A DNA stretch of 64,000 nt from positions 26,288,001 to 26,352,000 of the forward strand of contig NC_086108.1 of NCBI RefSeq assembly GCF_963921235.1. The letters are read 5' to 3'. Shown here one piece after another: positions 23,623 through 36,285 of the stretch. Each line of letters begins with the position of its first letter. Within the stretch, counting starts at the first letter, position 1. The notes below the pieces were generated by a model, which had not been told where the DNA came from, made no database searches, and saw only the letters and a program-made list of their open reading frames with translations. This stretch comes from Mobula hypostoma (taxonomy: Eukaryota). A program made the position numbers and the translations under genes.

Positions 23623-24120
23623 ATTTACTTTTAACTTCATTGCTCTGTTGTTCCTGTGTTTCAAATTACTATTTTAGTTGCATGCCCAACTTCACCGAAT
23701 ATGTAAACGACAGTGAACTGCAGGACAGCGGAAAGGGTCATTGGCTGCAGTCTATCATCACTGCAGAGCTTGTATGTGTCCGGGGCAAAGAAGCAAGCAA
23801 GAAAATTATTGTGGACATTAAACACCCAGCAAACTGTCTTTTTCAAAAGCTCACTTCTAAAAAGTACTACGGCTATTAAAACATCACCTTAAAAGTTTCT
23901 TCCCCATGCAGTTAATCTGATCAACCATTCTAGTTAACCTTCCTCATCCCCTCTATTATTACCTCAGTTACCTCAACAAATGCCGGTAATTATGTATTAT
24001 GGTCATTTATTCTATATCTGTACTTCTAACTTGTTTCTTAGATAATTCTGTACAATTGAATGTTTTGTTTGCATGTAATGCCAACACATCACAGCAATTT
24101 TCTAATACATGTAAATATAT
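23623..24120 (+). mobile_element. Old Rex1-like LINE 3' fragment
   Basis: KIIVDI.HPAN.LFQ.L.S and SFFP.AV.L.N remnants plus 3' UTR. Confidence 0.6.
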
Positions 24121-24472
24121 ATGGGCAGCTCTTGTTAATGGATAGAAGTGATTAATAGATGCTCATGCCATTTTCAGTTTGCTGAAATCTGGATTTCAAA
24201 GAGGCTGTGTATGGTGACATGGGATCATTCTTTACCTTAAACCATTCATTTCTTCCCATGAGCCAGAGCAGACATAGAGGGGCAGGAAATTATAAATTTC
24301 AAAATAGAGGCTATATAGGAGCTCACTTAGGCCATTTTCCCATCAAGTCTTCTCCACCATTTGATCATGGCTGCAAACACGACAAATTCTGCAGATGCTG
24401 GAAATTCAAGCAACACACATCAAAGTTGCTGGTGAACGCAGCAGGCCAGGCAGCATCTCTAGGAAGAGGTAC

Positions 24473-24508
24473 AGCCGACGCTTCAGGCCAAGACTCTTCG
24501 TCAGGAAT
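24473..24508 (-). ncRNA. Hammerhead motif of the 3' pLTR (GAAA>GAAG lesion)
   Basis: Minus strand ATTC-CTGACGA-AGAGTCTTGGCCT-GAAG-CG-TC-GGCT. Confidence 0.6.
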
Positions 24509-24802
24509 AACTGAAGGAAGAGCTAGTAAGAGATTTGAAAGTGGGAGGGGGAGGGGGAGATCCAAAATGATAGGAGAAGACAGGAGGGGGAAGGATGGAG
24601 CCAAGAGCTGGACAAGTGATTGGCAAAAGGGATATGAGAGGATCATGGAACAGGAGGCCCAGGGAGAAGGAAAGGTGAGGGGGGGGGGACCCAGAGGATG
24701 GGCAAGGGGTACAGTCAGAGAGACAGAGGGAGAAAAAGGAGAGTGAGAGAAAGAATGTATATATAAATAAATAACGGATGGGTACGAGGGCGAGGTGGGG
24801 CA

Positions 24803-27034
24803 TTAGCGGAAGTTAGAGAAGTCAATGTTCATGCCATCAGGTTGGAGGCTACCCAGACGGAATATAAGGTGTTGTTCCTCCAACCTGAGTGTGGCTTCAT
24901 CTTTACAGTAGAGGAGGTCGTGGATAGACATATCAGAATGGGAATGGGATGTGGAATAAAAATGTGTGGCCACTGGGAGATCCTGCTTTCTCTGGCGGAC
25001 GGAGCGTAGGTGTTCAGCAAAACTATCTCCCAGACTGCGTCGGGTCTCGCCATTATATAGAAGGCCACATCGGGAGAACCGGATGCAGTATATCACCCCA
25101 GCCGACTCACAGGTGAAGTGTCACCTCACCTGGAAGGACTGTCTGGGGCCCTGAATGGTGGTAATGGAGGAAGTGTAAGGGCATGTGTAGCACTTGTTCC
25201 GCTTACAAGGATAAGTGCCGGGAGGGAGATCAGTGGGGAGAGATGGGGGGTACGAATGGACAAGGGAGTCGCGTGGGGAGCGATTCCTGCGGAAAGCAGA
25301 GAGAAGTGGGGAGGGAAAGATGTGCTTAGTGGTGGGATCCCGTTGGAGGTGGCGGAAGTTACGGAGAATAATATGTTGGACCCAGAGGCTGGTGGGGTGG
25401 TAGGTGAGGACCAGGGGAACCCTATTTCTAGTGGGGTGGTGGGAGGATGGAGTGAGAGCAGATGTGTGTGAAATGGGGGAGATGCGTTTGAGAGCAGAGT
25501 TGATGGTGGAGGAAGAGAAGCCCTTTTCTTTCAAAAAGGAGGACATCTCCCTCATCCTGGAATGAAAAGCCTCATCCTGAGAGCAGATGCGGCGGAGATG
25601 GAGGAATTGCGAGAAGGGGATGGCATTTTTGCAACAGACAGGGTGAGTAGAGGAATAGTCCAGATAGCTGTGAGAGTCAGTAGGCTTATAGTAGACATCA
25701 GTAGATAAGCTGTCTCCAGAGATACAGACAGAAAGATCTAGAAAGGGGAGGAAGGTGTCAGAAATGGGCCAGGTAAACTTGAGGGCAGGGTGAAAGTTGG
25801 AGGCAAAGTTAGTAAAGTCAACGAGCTCAGCGCGCATGCAGGAAGCAGCACCAATGCAGTCATCAATGTAGCGAAGGAAAAGTGGGGGACGGATACCAGA
25901 ATAGGTTTGGAACATAGATTGTTCCAGAAAGCCAATAAAAAGGCAGGCATAGCTAGGATCCTTATGGGTGCCCATAGCTACACCTTTAGTTTGGAAGAAG
26001 TGGGAGGAGCCAAAGGAGATATTATTAAGAGTAAGGACTAATTCCACTAGACGGAGCAGAGTGGAGGTAGAGGGGAACTGATTAGGTCTGGAATCCAAAA
26101 AGAAGTGGAGAGCTTTGAGACCTTCCTGATGGGGGATGGAAGTATATAGGGACTGGACATCCAAGGTGAAAATAAAGTGGTGGGGGCCAGGGAACTTAAA
26201 ATCATCGAAAAGTTTAAGAGCGTGAGAAGTGTCACGAATATAGGTCAGAAGGGATTGAGCAAGGGCTGATAAAACCGTGTCGAGGTATGCAGAAACGAGT
26301 TCGGTGGGGCAGGAGCAAGCTGAGACAATAGGTCTGCCAGGACAGGCAGGTTTGTGGATCTTGGGTAGGAGGTAGAAACGGGAAGTGCGGGGTGTGGGAA
26401 CTATAAGGTTGGTAGCAGTGGATGGGAGATCCCCTGAGTGGATTAAGTCGGTGATGGTGTGGGAGACAATGGCCTGGTGCTCCTTAGTGGGGTCACGATC
26501 GAGGGGTAAATAGGAGGAGGTATCCAGGAGTTGTCGCTGTGCCTCGGCAAGGTAGAGGTCAGTATGCCAGACTACAACAGCAACCCCCTTATCGGCAGGT
26601 TTTATAGTAAGGTTAGGATTAGTGCGGAGGGAGTGGAGAGCAGAGCGTTCGGAAGGAGTGAGGTTGGAATGGGGACAAGGTGCGGTGAAGTCGAGAAGGT
26701 TGATGTCCCGTCGGCAGTTAGTAATAAAGAGATCCAGAGCAGGCAGAAGACCAGAGCGGGGTGTCCATGAAGAGGAGGAGGGTTGAAGACAGGAGAAAGG
26801 ATCATCGGTGGGGGTGGAAGAGTCCTTGCCGAAGAAGTAGGCTCGGAGACGGAGACGGCAGAAGAACAGTTCCACGTCATGGCGAACATGGAACTCGCTG
26901 AAGTGTGGGCGAAGGGGGACAAAGGTGAGGCCCTTACTGAGGACAGAGCATTCTGCCTCAGACAGTTGAAGGTCGGGGAGGATGGTAAAGACCCGGCACG
27001 GATGAGAGCTGGTATCACTGTCCTTTTTCTCCAT
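24803..27034 (-). pseudogene. PLE RT-GIY-YIG polyprotein (~743 codons) with a single in-frame TGA at 25121-25123
   Basis: IKPADKG, FYLLPKIHK, GRPIVS, LDVQSLYTSIP, QTKGVAMG, RYIDD, LPFLD, Cys linker CKRNKCYTC, VIYC...LLYNGET.R GIY-YIG. The two predicted ORFs are in the same frame. Confidence 0.93.
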
Positions 27035-27255
27035 CTGTCCCTCTGACTATACCCCTTGTCCATCCTCTGGGTTTTCCTCCCCCTCCCCCTTTTCCTTCTC
27101 CCTGGGCCTTCTGTCCCATGATCCTCTTATATCCCTTTTGCCAATCACCTGTCCAGCTCTTGGCTCCATCCCTCCCCCTCCTGTCTTCTCCTATCATTTT
27201 AGATAGCCCTCTCCCCCTCCCACTTTCAAATCTCTTACTAGCTCTTCCTTCAGTT

Positions 27256-27291
27256 AGTCCTAACGAAGGGTCTCGGCCTGAAACGTCGACT
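27256..27291 (+). ncRNA. Hammerhead motif of the inverted pLTR (CTGA>CTAA lesion)
   Basis: AGTC-CTAACGA-AGGGTCTCGGCCT-GAAA-CG-TC-GACT. Confidence 0.6.
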
Positions 27292-27367
27292 GTACCTCTT
27301 CCTAGAGATGCTGCCTGGCCTGCTGCGTTCGCCAGCAACTTTGATGTGCGTTGCTTGATCATGGCTG

Positions 27368-29010
27368 ATTTATTTTCCCTCTGAACCCTTCTCCTGTAAC
27401 CTTACTAAACAAAAATCTACTAAACTCTGCTTTAAATATAATGAATGTCTTGACCTCTAGCTGTCTGTGGCATTGAACTCCACATATTATCCACCTCAAG
27501 GGAAAGAAATTCTTCCTTATCTCTGCTCTAAAGGTGTGTTGTATTCTGAGGTTGTGCCCTCTGGTCCTAGACTCTCCGACTATTGGAAACATCCTCGCCA
27601 TGTCCACCCTATCTAGGTCTTTCAATATTCAATGGGTTTCAATGAGATTCCCCTTCATTTTTCTGAAAATCCACCCAGTTCAAGCCCAGAGATAACAAAC
27701 ACTCCTTTTATATTACCCTTTAATTCCTAGTATTGTTTTCATAAACCTCCTCTAGACCCTCTACAATGCCAAAATATCTTTTCTTAGATATGAGGCTGAA
27801 AACTGCTCACAATACTGCAAATGTGGTCTGACCAATGCTTTGTAAAGCCTTGGCAGTACATTCTTCCTCTTATGTTTTGTTCTCTTGAAATGAACACTGA
27901 CATTGCATTTGCTTTCCTTACAACTGACTCAAGCTACAAGTTAATCTTTAGGGAAACATGCTTGAGGACTCCCAAGTCCCTTTGCACCTCAGATTTCTGA
28001 GTTTGCTCCCCATTTAAAAAAAACAGTCTATGCCTTTATAACTTCTACCCAAGTGCATGGCCGTGCAGATCCTTGCACTGTATTCCATCCCCCATGTCTT
28101 TGCCCACTCATCTAATCTGTCCAAGTCCTGCTGCAGACTCCCTGTTTGCTCAACACTACTTGCACATCCACCTTTCTTTGTATCATCTGCAAATGTGGCC
28201 ACAAAGTCACCAATTCTGTCAGCCAGCTCACTAACATCATGTGAAAAGTAGCAGAGCCGGCACTGTCCCTGCAGAAGGCCATTCTTCACCAGCAGCCAAA
28301 CAGAAACAGCCCCCTTTATTCCCACTCTTTGCCTTCTGCCAGACAGCCACTCTTCGTCCATACCAGTATTTCACTTCTCTGTAATATCATGGGCTCTTAC
28401 ATTGTTTAGCATTGTTTAGCGGCCCCTTATCAAAGGCCTTCTGAAAATCCAAGTAACCAACATGCACTGACTCTGCTTTATCTATTTAAATGTGCTGTTC
28501 GGCCTGTGTTGATGCTATAGTACCCCATGACTCTATCCTGCCTGTTATTTCCTCAAAGAATTGCAACAGATTTTTGAGGCAAGATTTTCCCTTAAGTAAA
28601 CTATGCTAACTTCAGCCTTTTAAAATGTGTGCATCCAAGTATTCTGAAACCTCATTCTTAATAAAAGACTCTAATATCATCTCAATCATTGATGTCAGGC
28701 TAACTGGCCCAGAGTTTCGTATCTTTTGCCTCTCTCCCTTCTTAAAGAGTAGAGTGACGTTTGCATTCCAGAACCTAGTGATTCTTAAAAGATCACCACT
28801 AATGTCTCCATAATCTCTTCAGCCACCTTTTTCAAAACTCTAGGGTATAGTCCATCTGGTTCAGGTCACTTATCTACCAGCAGCTCTTACAATTTCCCAA
28901 GCACCTTCTTAGTAATAGCAACTACACTTACTTCTAACCCCTGACAGTCCAATTTCTGGCATGCTGCTGACATCTTTCACAGCAAAGACTGATGCAAAAT
29001 ACTTATTCAG
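27368..29010 (-). mobile_element. Degraded CR1 LINE (extreme 3' end at ~24310-24373, split off by the PLE)
   Basis: WLSGRRQRVGI, FADDTK, LQQDLDRL.EWAK.W.MEY, TRGHNLR, LNKYFASVF. Confidence 0.88.
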
Positions 29011-29479
29011 TTCATAAGATACACAGATACACAGGGCCACAGAGCCCGGTAAAAACCACAGGTTGTAGGGTGAACAGGATACAAATAATGCACAGGGCAA
29101 TTAATGCAAAACATTTTTGGAATCTGTTCAAGTTGGCTGAAGTGTAAGAATGTCACAAATCATTTGGATCATCCAATATGCCATGTTGTTTAATGCGGTA
29201 ATTAAAACATAACAGCATTATTTCTTGGAGTAATTAAAGTTTGCTGTGACAGCAGATTTTTTAAGTTGTATGACACTCACAGCTGAATCTTTCTCAATCC
29301 ATCTTTTTAATCTAATTCTCAACTCTAGTTTTCCTTGTAGCCCCCATTTTACAGGCCAATGTACTCTCCCAAAGTAGTCCAGATTGTTAAATCTGAGACA
29401 AATAGATTTTCACATGGGGGGGGGGGATGCTGATTTTGAAACTAACATGATAAATTTCTACCCCAACGGATGCAATTGA

Positions 29480-29750
29480 ATAAAGTTCGGAGTACAACCC
29501 TGAGATTCTCTTCCCTGCGGCATACTCAGAAAACCTATAGAATAGTATCTCCAACAGGATCAATGAAAGGTCAACCAGAGTGCAGAAGATAACTAACTGT
29601 GCAAATGCAGATGTAAATAAATAGTAATAAATAACGAGAAGATGTGATAACAAGATAAATGGTGCTTAAAGTGAGATCATTGGTTGTGGGAAAATTTCAA
29701 TGATGGGGCAAGTGAGTGTAGTTATCCCCTTTTAGCCAAGAGCCTCACTT
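29480..29750 (-). mobile_element. LINE (Rex1-like) 3' UTR fragment
   Basis: Reverse-complement relative of 5900-6100 (TACAACCCTGAGATTC...; TGTGCAAATGCAGATGTAAATAAATAG). Confidence 0.5.
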
Positions 29751-30971
29751 AAATAAGAGCACGTTGATATACAGGTTGAATCATGAGGTTTTCAGTGTAT
29801 GGTGTTTGATACTGTTACAGAAGCTGCCTTTTGAACAGCTGCTCCTCTGGAGTTAAAGTGTACTTGAGTTGTTTTTGCCAGTTGTGGTGAGCTTCTGACA
29901 GCCAGGCAAAGAGAGTGCAGGAAGGTGGAAATGGAACTCATGGCGATGGAGAGCAAGCACAAGGGAGAGGTCAGCTTTGATTACACCAGAGTTTACACAT
30001 TCTACTACAATCAGCAACAGTAAAAGACTTAGCCTGTCAACAGAGACTGAATTGATTAAAATAACCAAAAGATCACAATAGAAATTGATCATAACCATAA
30101 GGCTATGAAATGGAAGCCCCTCTGTTCCTCCTCATCCACTTGAAGACGGAGGTCCTGTGGAGAAACCAGGACCTAAAGAATAAGTGATGAGGTTGAAAGA
30201 ATACAGAGACCCAGTAACTGGTGATACCCATAATGTGCAGTTCTTCAGTGCTTTCAAGGATATCTGTGGCTTTAGAAGGATAACAAGGAACACAATGGCT
30301 CAGGGAATCTAAAACTGTGGGCATAGGTATAAAAGATTTAAAGGGGATTGAAAGGCAGATTTTCTACAAGGAGGATGGCGGGTACTTGGAATGTGCAGCC
30401 AGAGGAAGTATAGAGGTGAGTACAATTAGAAAGTTCAACAGATATTTGGATTGGTTCATGAACAGGGATGACTTAAAGCCAATGGTATCTTATCTGTGAG
30501 CAGATGTCAGATGAAATGGTATTATGTATTTGAGTCAGGACTGTGCAGAGATCGGCACACCTGATAGGAGTGGAACCTTTGTACAATAACCCCTCCTGTA
30601 GCAGGCAACCTACTTTACTTCTACAATCTTATTGAAGTAAAACTTCCATTGCTCTCCCTAGTGATAGTTGGTTAAATGACTACCTCATGCATGCCCCCAC
30701 TAAGTGTCTGACAAAACTCAGTATTGTGAAAGTTTAAGGCTGTGGTGATCCACATTGTCAATGCTGATGGAAGACAATCCACTGAGCAGGAAGAATGCTT
30801 AAAGCAGGCATCTACCTTATTGAATTCATGCTCCCATAAAAAACATGGGAATTAAGTTCACTGCTTAAATTAGAGTCCTAGAGCAACGTAGCACAGAAAT
30901 GAACCCAACTCATCCATCTCAACAAAGATGTCCATCTAAGCTACTTTCATTTGGCCCATATCCCTCCAAAC

Positions 30972-31032
30972 CAGGGGTTCCCAACCTTTTTAATGCCATG
31001 AACCAATACCAATACCAAGCTGGAAAACCCTG
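30972..31032. mobile_element. 61-bp hAT (Buster/Charlie-type) mini-MITE inside a CR1 3' remnant
   Basis: CAGGGGTTCCCAACC...GGAAAACCCTG with 8-bp TSD CTCCAAAC / CTCTAAAC. Confidence 0.75.
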
Positions 31033-33439
31033 CTCTAAACCCTTCCTATCCGTATACCTGTGCCAATGTCTTCTAAATGTCAATGCATCTACTTCAACTT
31101 TCTCTGCTGACTCATACCAGATACTAAATTGTCACAAATCAAATTGGAAAATGTTCCTTCCTTCACTCCAACCCCTTATCTCCTTTCGACCCTAGTCTTA
31201 CCTTCTTAGAGCCCCTCACAATAAACAAGCTGCCTTTTGTAACAGTGACATGCTAGGGGCTTGCTGGTGTAATCCTTGGTTCAATTTGATGAAGATATGG
31301 ATGATCTGGTCCCCAGTAATGTTCTTCAATGAAACCTAGCTGTTATGTACTTAACTTTTAATGCTGTCTTAACACAATGGATGGTCTGATTGCCTTATTA
31401 ATGAAATCAAGGTCACAGAAACATATGTAAAAACAAATGTTAAAAGAAAAACAACTTTTGAGCCCTCAGAAACAAAGAATATATATTGGAAATGCAATAG
31501 AGTGTTTTATATCTCAGTGTCTGCAATTTAAGTTTAATTTAATTTGTTAAGTAAATTCTGAAGAGTGTAAACATTAGAAAACATTGTTTAGCATGCGAAT
31601 TAGTACAGCATGTGTTCTGTCAATCTCTATTGTGAATGGGTCAGGCAAGTTTTGATAATTGTGCAAAATCATGCCATCCATTATTTTAGAAAGCATAGCT
31701 ACAAGATACTGTATATAGGAAAAGCATTGTCTCCAGTGTATCCTCCTTGCCTAATTTGGAAGCAAATTGTTGCTCCTTCATTGTCACTGTATCAAATTCC
31801 AAAATTAGTATTTTAGAAGTTCATCTATAGCTGTTCTAGAAATGACCTTCTGCCATCTTCTCATGGGGGGGAGGTGGGAGAAGATGAGAGATACTGAACA
31901 AGTGATGGACTTGAATTTCCTATATCCATACGAAATGTAAAAAAAATAAAATGCTATTGCATCTTCTGTAAAATGCACAAAATGACAAAATGTTGGAATG
32001 AAACCTTGCCTATTTATTTTACTGACTTTTAATGAGCCTTATAACAGGCATTTAACACACTAGAGATTGTTTCCAAGAACTTAATTCCATCCAATGCAGC
32101 ATGCTTTGCTCAAGATAGACAGTAGATTTAAAGGGTTATACCTTTCTAGGCCAGAGATCAGTGCTCATAGCCCTTCAGGGGTACAACTATATGAGTTCCT
32201 CCTGACATGATAGGCTATAATCACAGCTAAAAGCATTCAACTATCAGGATCTGTTCTCTCCTAGATGCACACAAACCAACAGGGATACTAATTAAATCTC
32301 AGTGTGAGGGCAATGGCAGAGTACAACATGGCAGCCTATTAGGATTACTCCTTACAGAACATAACAAGGTCAATAGCATGAGCAAGTGTTGAGAATGGAG
32401 AAGTGATTCTCTTGAGAATTTTAACTTGACAACTAGATCCAAAGATGAAGGGCAATCTTGGAACAAGTGTCTTTTTTTTCTTCAGTATTTCCTAGTACAC
32501 AATGTCAGATTGACTAATTTTATATTAACAGTTTATTCATCAATATACGTGGATATCACGCTCCTTTATTGGCCTTTTCAAATTGTACTGCTCCGTATAG
32601 CAGCTTCAGTGGGGTAGAGAAGAGAGTGGTTAATTGATAGGTCATATTAAGAGTGGCAATTCCCTTCCCTGAAGGATATTAGTGAACCACGTGGATTATT
32701 TTCAACATATCTGGAAGATTTTTTCAATCTTTACATTATGATACCCTCCAAGGTTATCATGAAGGACTCTTCTTGCAACTATATTCGCAATGATTAGAAT
32801 GACTCACTAAAACAGAGTGTGTTCTCCACTGTGGTACCAGCTGATCAGTGAATATATACATTGGACTTTTGTTACGGGGTATCGATCAGTTCATATCATG
32901 CAGTTGATTGACTCTTTGTAGAATGCAGTGTGTGCAAAATTAACTGTAGCACTTACTTATTTCTACTACAGATTAGGAAGAAGCAGAGAGAAGGATTACA
33001 TATTTTTGTGGTACACAATGAATCGGATGCATTTCTACAATTCATCTGACTGCCTAACAGGATATGTGCAATGCTCTCTCTGGGGTTGTAGAATCAGAGT
33101 TTCATCCAGCCAGCATAACAACAAATTGTCAAGTAATGCCACGATCAGTCGTTGCAGAATACATAAAAATGTTGCTTTTGACAGAGTGTAGCATGAACAT
33201 CACTATATAGGACAGAATCATTTGTAATTTGTGGTAAGCTACTGTGTTTGATATAGATAGATGTGGCAGCAGGCTGAGACAAAATGAGACCATGAATAGA
33301 TTTGAGTCTGCTTGGAAAATGGTAACAGAGTGGAATTCTACAGGGATCTGTGCTATTGGGAAAAAAAAATACCATGAATTTTCAAAATGTAGAAGTTAAG
33401 CGCACACTGAGCTATCGATATTTAAAAAAACGTATACAG

Positions 33440-33838
33440 GGCCGGACCAATTTCTGCGCGCTGCTCCACAACATATATTCCACTCCTTGCTGCACCGAGT
33501 CTGAGGCTATGGGCCTGCTCTGTCTGCTTTGTGTCTGCCAGCTCTGTGACATTTTGCACCACTGTAATGATGAACTGAGTCTGAGGCTGTGTGTCTGCTC
33601 TGGGCTTCGAGTCTATAGACTCACTTTCGTTCTAAATGCTGTTTGCTTGCTTTTATTGTTGCACGATTTGTTTTCTCTCTCTCTCTCTCTCTCTCTCTCT
33701 GCACGTTGTTTGTTTGCTGGCTCTTTTTAATGGGTTCTTTTTGGGTTTCTTATTTTGAGGCTGCCTGTAAGGAGACCAATCTCAAGGTTGTACAATGTAT
33801 ACATACTTTGATAATAAATGTACTTTGAACTTTAAACT
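33440..33838 (+). mobile_element. LINE 3' UTR fragment with (CT)n microsatellite and TTTGAAC-type tail
   Basis: ATCTCAAGGTTGTA...GATAATAAATGTACTTTGAACTTT; (TC)n at ~33674-33700. Confidence 0.55.
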
Positions 33839-34718
33839 AGTAGAGTCAGAAACTCTAAAGCTTGCTTCACATAAACAGGCAGATCTGGGTTCAACAGGCA
33901 ACTGGGCCCATGACTGTGAATGAGAGAGAAGCACTGACATGCACGTTGAATCTAGAAATTGGCTACTTCTGTTGCTATCTCCCACTGCAACCTGAACCCC
34001 TGTTAATGATGGTGAGACTTGGCTATCACTTTCAGTCACTGCAAAGGTGCAAGCACTGAAATACATGCTATACAGGGTACATTTCTTGTATTATCAGTGT
34101 CATTCAGGCCAATGACACAAACTGTGTAGCTTTCCATGTAATATCCATTTGCTTTTATCAGTGACAAATTCCCCTGTATCATTAGGAGGATATATGTGCT
34201 CCATTAGCCATGACCAGTAGGTGAGACTTTTCTGGAGAGACTGTAATCACATGGAGACTGAAAGATGATGGTGTTCCAAAGGATAGAGAGGCTCCTACAA
34301 GTGCCCAATGAAGTTCAAAGTATTTGCAGTGGAGTTGAGTACAAATCACAGAGATTCCATATGGGTTTAAGGACAGCTAGTTAGCTTAGAGATGCAGGTT
34401 AGTTCTTTGCAATTAGTTTCACAGCTGGGAGGCAAAAGATAACACTGGAATGGGCCACCTTCTTTGGTGGTTCTAACTTCAAGATTTACCATGTAATAAT
34501 ACAGAAACCATTCAGCTGTTAACACTGCCACCCGCACCTGACGTTTGATGTCCTCATGATTTCCACACCTGACAATCAAGTCTTTGAGTACCCGCCCTAT
34601 GTGTAAGAGCAGTGTTTGTAAATGGTACTCCATGTGAAAATGTTACTTTTCCAAGGTCCCTGATTAGTGCTGACTCTTGCACAATGCTTCTCTTTCACAC
34701 AAAGAGAACTCCAATCTC

Positions 34719-36285
34719 CAGTGCCTATACAAAGTTTTCAACCCCCCTTGTAAGTTTTCATGTTTTATTGTTTTACAATATTGAATCATAGTGGATTTAA
34801 TTAGGCTTTTTCTGACACTGATAACAGTAAATGTCTCTTTCGTGTCAAAGTGAAAACAGATCTCTACAAAGTGACCTAAATTAATTACAATTACAAAACA
34901 CAAAATAATTGATTGCATAAGTATTCACTCCCTTTAATATAGGACACCAAATCATCACTGGTGCAACCAATTGCTTTTAGAAGTCATATAGTTAGTTAAA
35001 TAGAGCTCACCGTGTGCAGTCAAGGTTTTTCAATTGATTATAGTAAAAATGCACCTGTATCTGGAAAGTTCAACTGCTGGTGAGTCAGTATCCTAGAAAA
35101 AACTACACCATGAAGACAAAAGAATATTCCAAGCAACTCTGCAAAAAGGTTATTGAAAAGCACAAGTCAGGAGATGGATGCAGGAAAATTTCCAAATCAC
35201 TGAATATCCCTCGGAGTACAGTTAAGTCAATCATTAAGAAATAGAAAGAATATGGTACAGCTGTAACTCTGCCTAGAGCAGGCCATCCTCAAAAACTGAG
35301 TGACTGTGCAAGAAGGGGACAAGAGAGGCAAGCCACCAAGAGACCTATGATAGCTCTGGAGGAGTTACAAACTGCAGTGGCTGAAATGGGAGAGACTGTG
35401 CATATAACAGCTGTTGCCCAGGTGCTTCACCAGTCGCAGCTTTACGGGAGAGTGGCACTTTTGAAAAAAACTCACATAACATCTCAGTTAAAGTTTGCCA
35501 GAAAGCATGTGAGAGTCTCTGAAGTCAGCTGGAAGAAGGTTCTATGGTCTGATGAAACCAAAACTGAGCTTTTTGGCCATCATACTAAATGCTATGTTTG
35601 GTGTAAGCCAACCACCTCACATCATCAAAAACACACCATCCCTACTGTGCAGCATGGTGGTGGCTGCATCGTGCTGTGGGGATGCTTCACTGCAAATGAA
35701 TGCAGCAAAATACAGGGAAATCCGGGAGGAAAATCTGATGCATTCTGCCAGAGGACTGTGACTTGGGAGAAGATCTGTTTTCCAGCAAGACAATGGCCCC
35801 AAGCTTAAAGCCATGGCTTAAAAACAACAAAGTTAATGTCCTGGAGTGGCCAAGTCAGAGTCCAGACCTCAACCCAATTGAGAATTTGTGGCTGGACTTG
35901 AAAAGGACTGTTCACTCATAATCCCCATGCAATCTGACAGAGCTTCAGTAGTTTTGTGAAGACGAGTGGGGGAAAATGCAGTATCCAGATGTCCAAAGCT
36001 GCTAGAGACCTATCCACACAGACTGAAGGCTGTAATTGCTGTCAGAGGTGCACCTACTAAGTACTGACTTGAAGAGGGAGAGTAATTATGCAATCAATTA
36101 TTTTGTGTTTAATAATTGTAATAAATTTAGACCAATTTGTAGAAATTTGTTTTCACTTTGACACAAGAGAATCTTTTCTGTTGATTAGTGTCCAAAAAGC
36201 CAAATTAAATCCACTGTGATTCAGTGTTGTAAAACAATAAAACATAAAAACTTCCAAGGGTGGTGAATACTTTTTATAGGCACTT
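34719..36285 (+). mobile_element. Tc1-family IR/DR transposon (Passport-like), ~1.57 kb, both long TIRs present
   Basis: ~215-bp inverted repeats (CAGTGCCTATA.../...TATAGGCACTT) with internal direct repeats. TA on the right flank only. Confidence 0.92.
35110..36067 (+). pseudogene. Tc1 DD34E-type transposase, inactivated
   Basis: MKTKEYSKQL..KVIEKHKSG, paired-like [34 protein letters not shown]. Contains stops, frameshifts and a deletion. Confidence 0.92.

Larger units (their letters stand above)
24374..27358 (-). mobile_element. Near-intact Neptune-type PLE with inverted pLTRs and 13-bp TSD, inserted in a CR1 3' UTR
   Basis: 3' pLTR with tail at 24374-~24800; inverted tail-less pLTR at ~27015-27358. 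TTGATCATGGCTG at 24361-24373 and 27355-27367. Confidence 0.95.
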
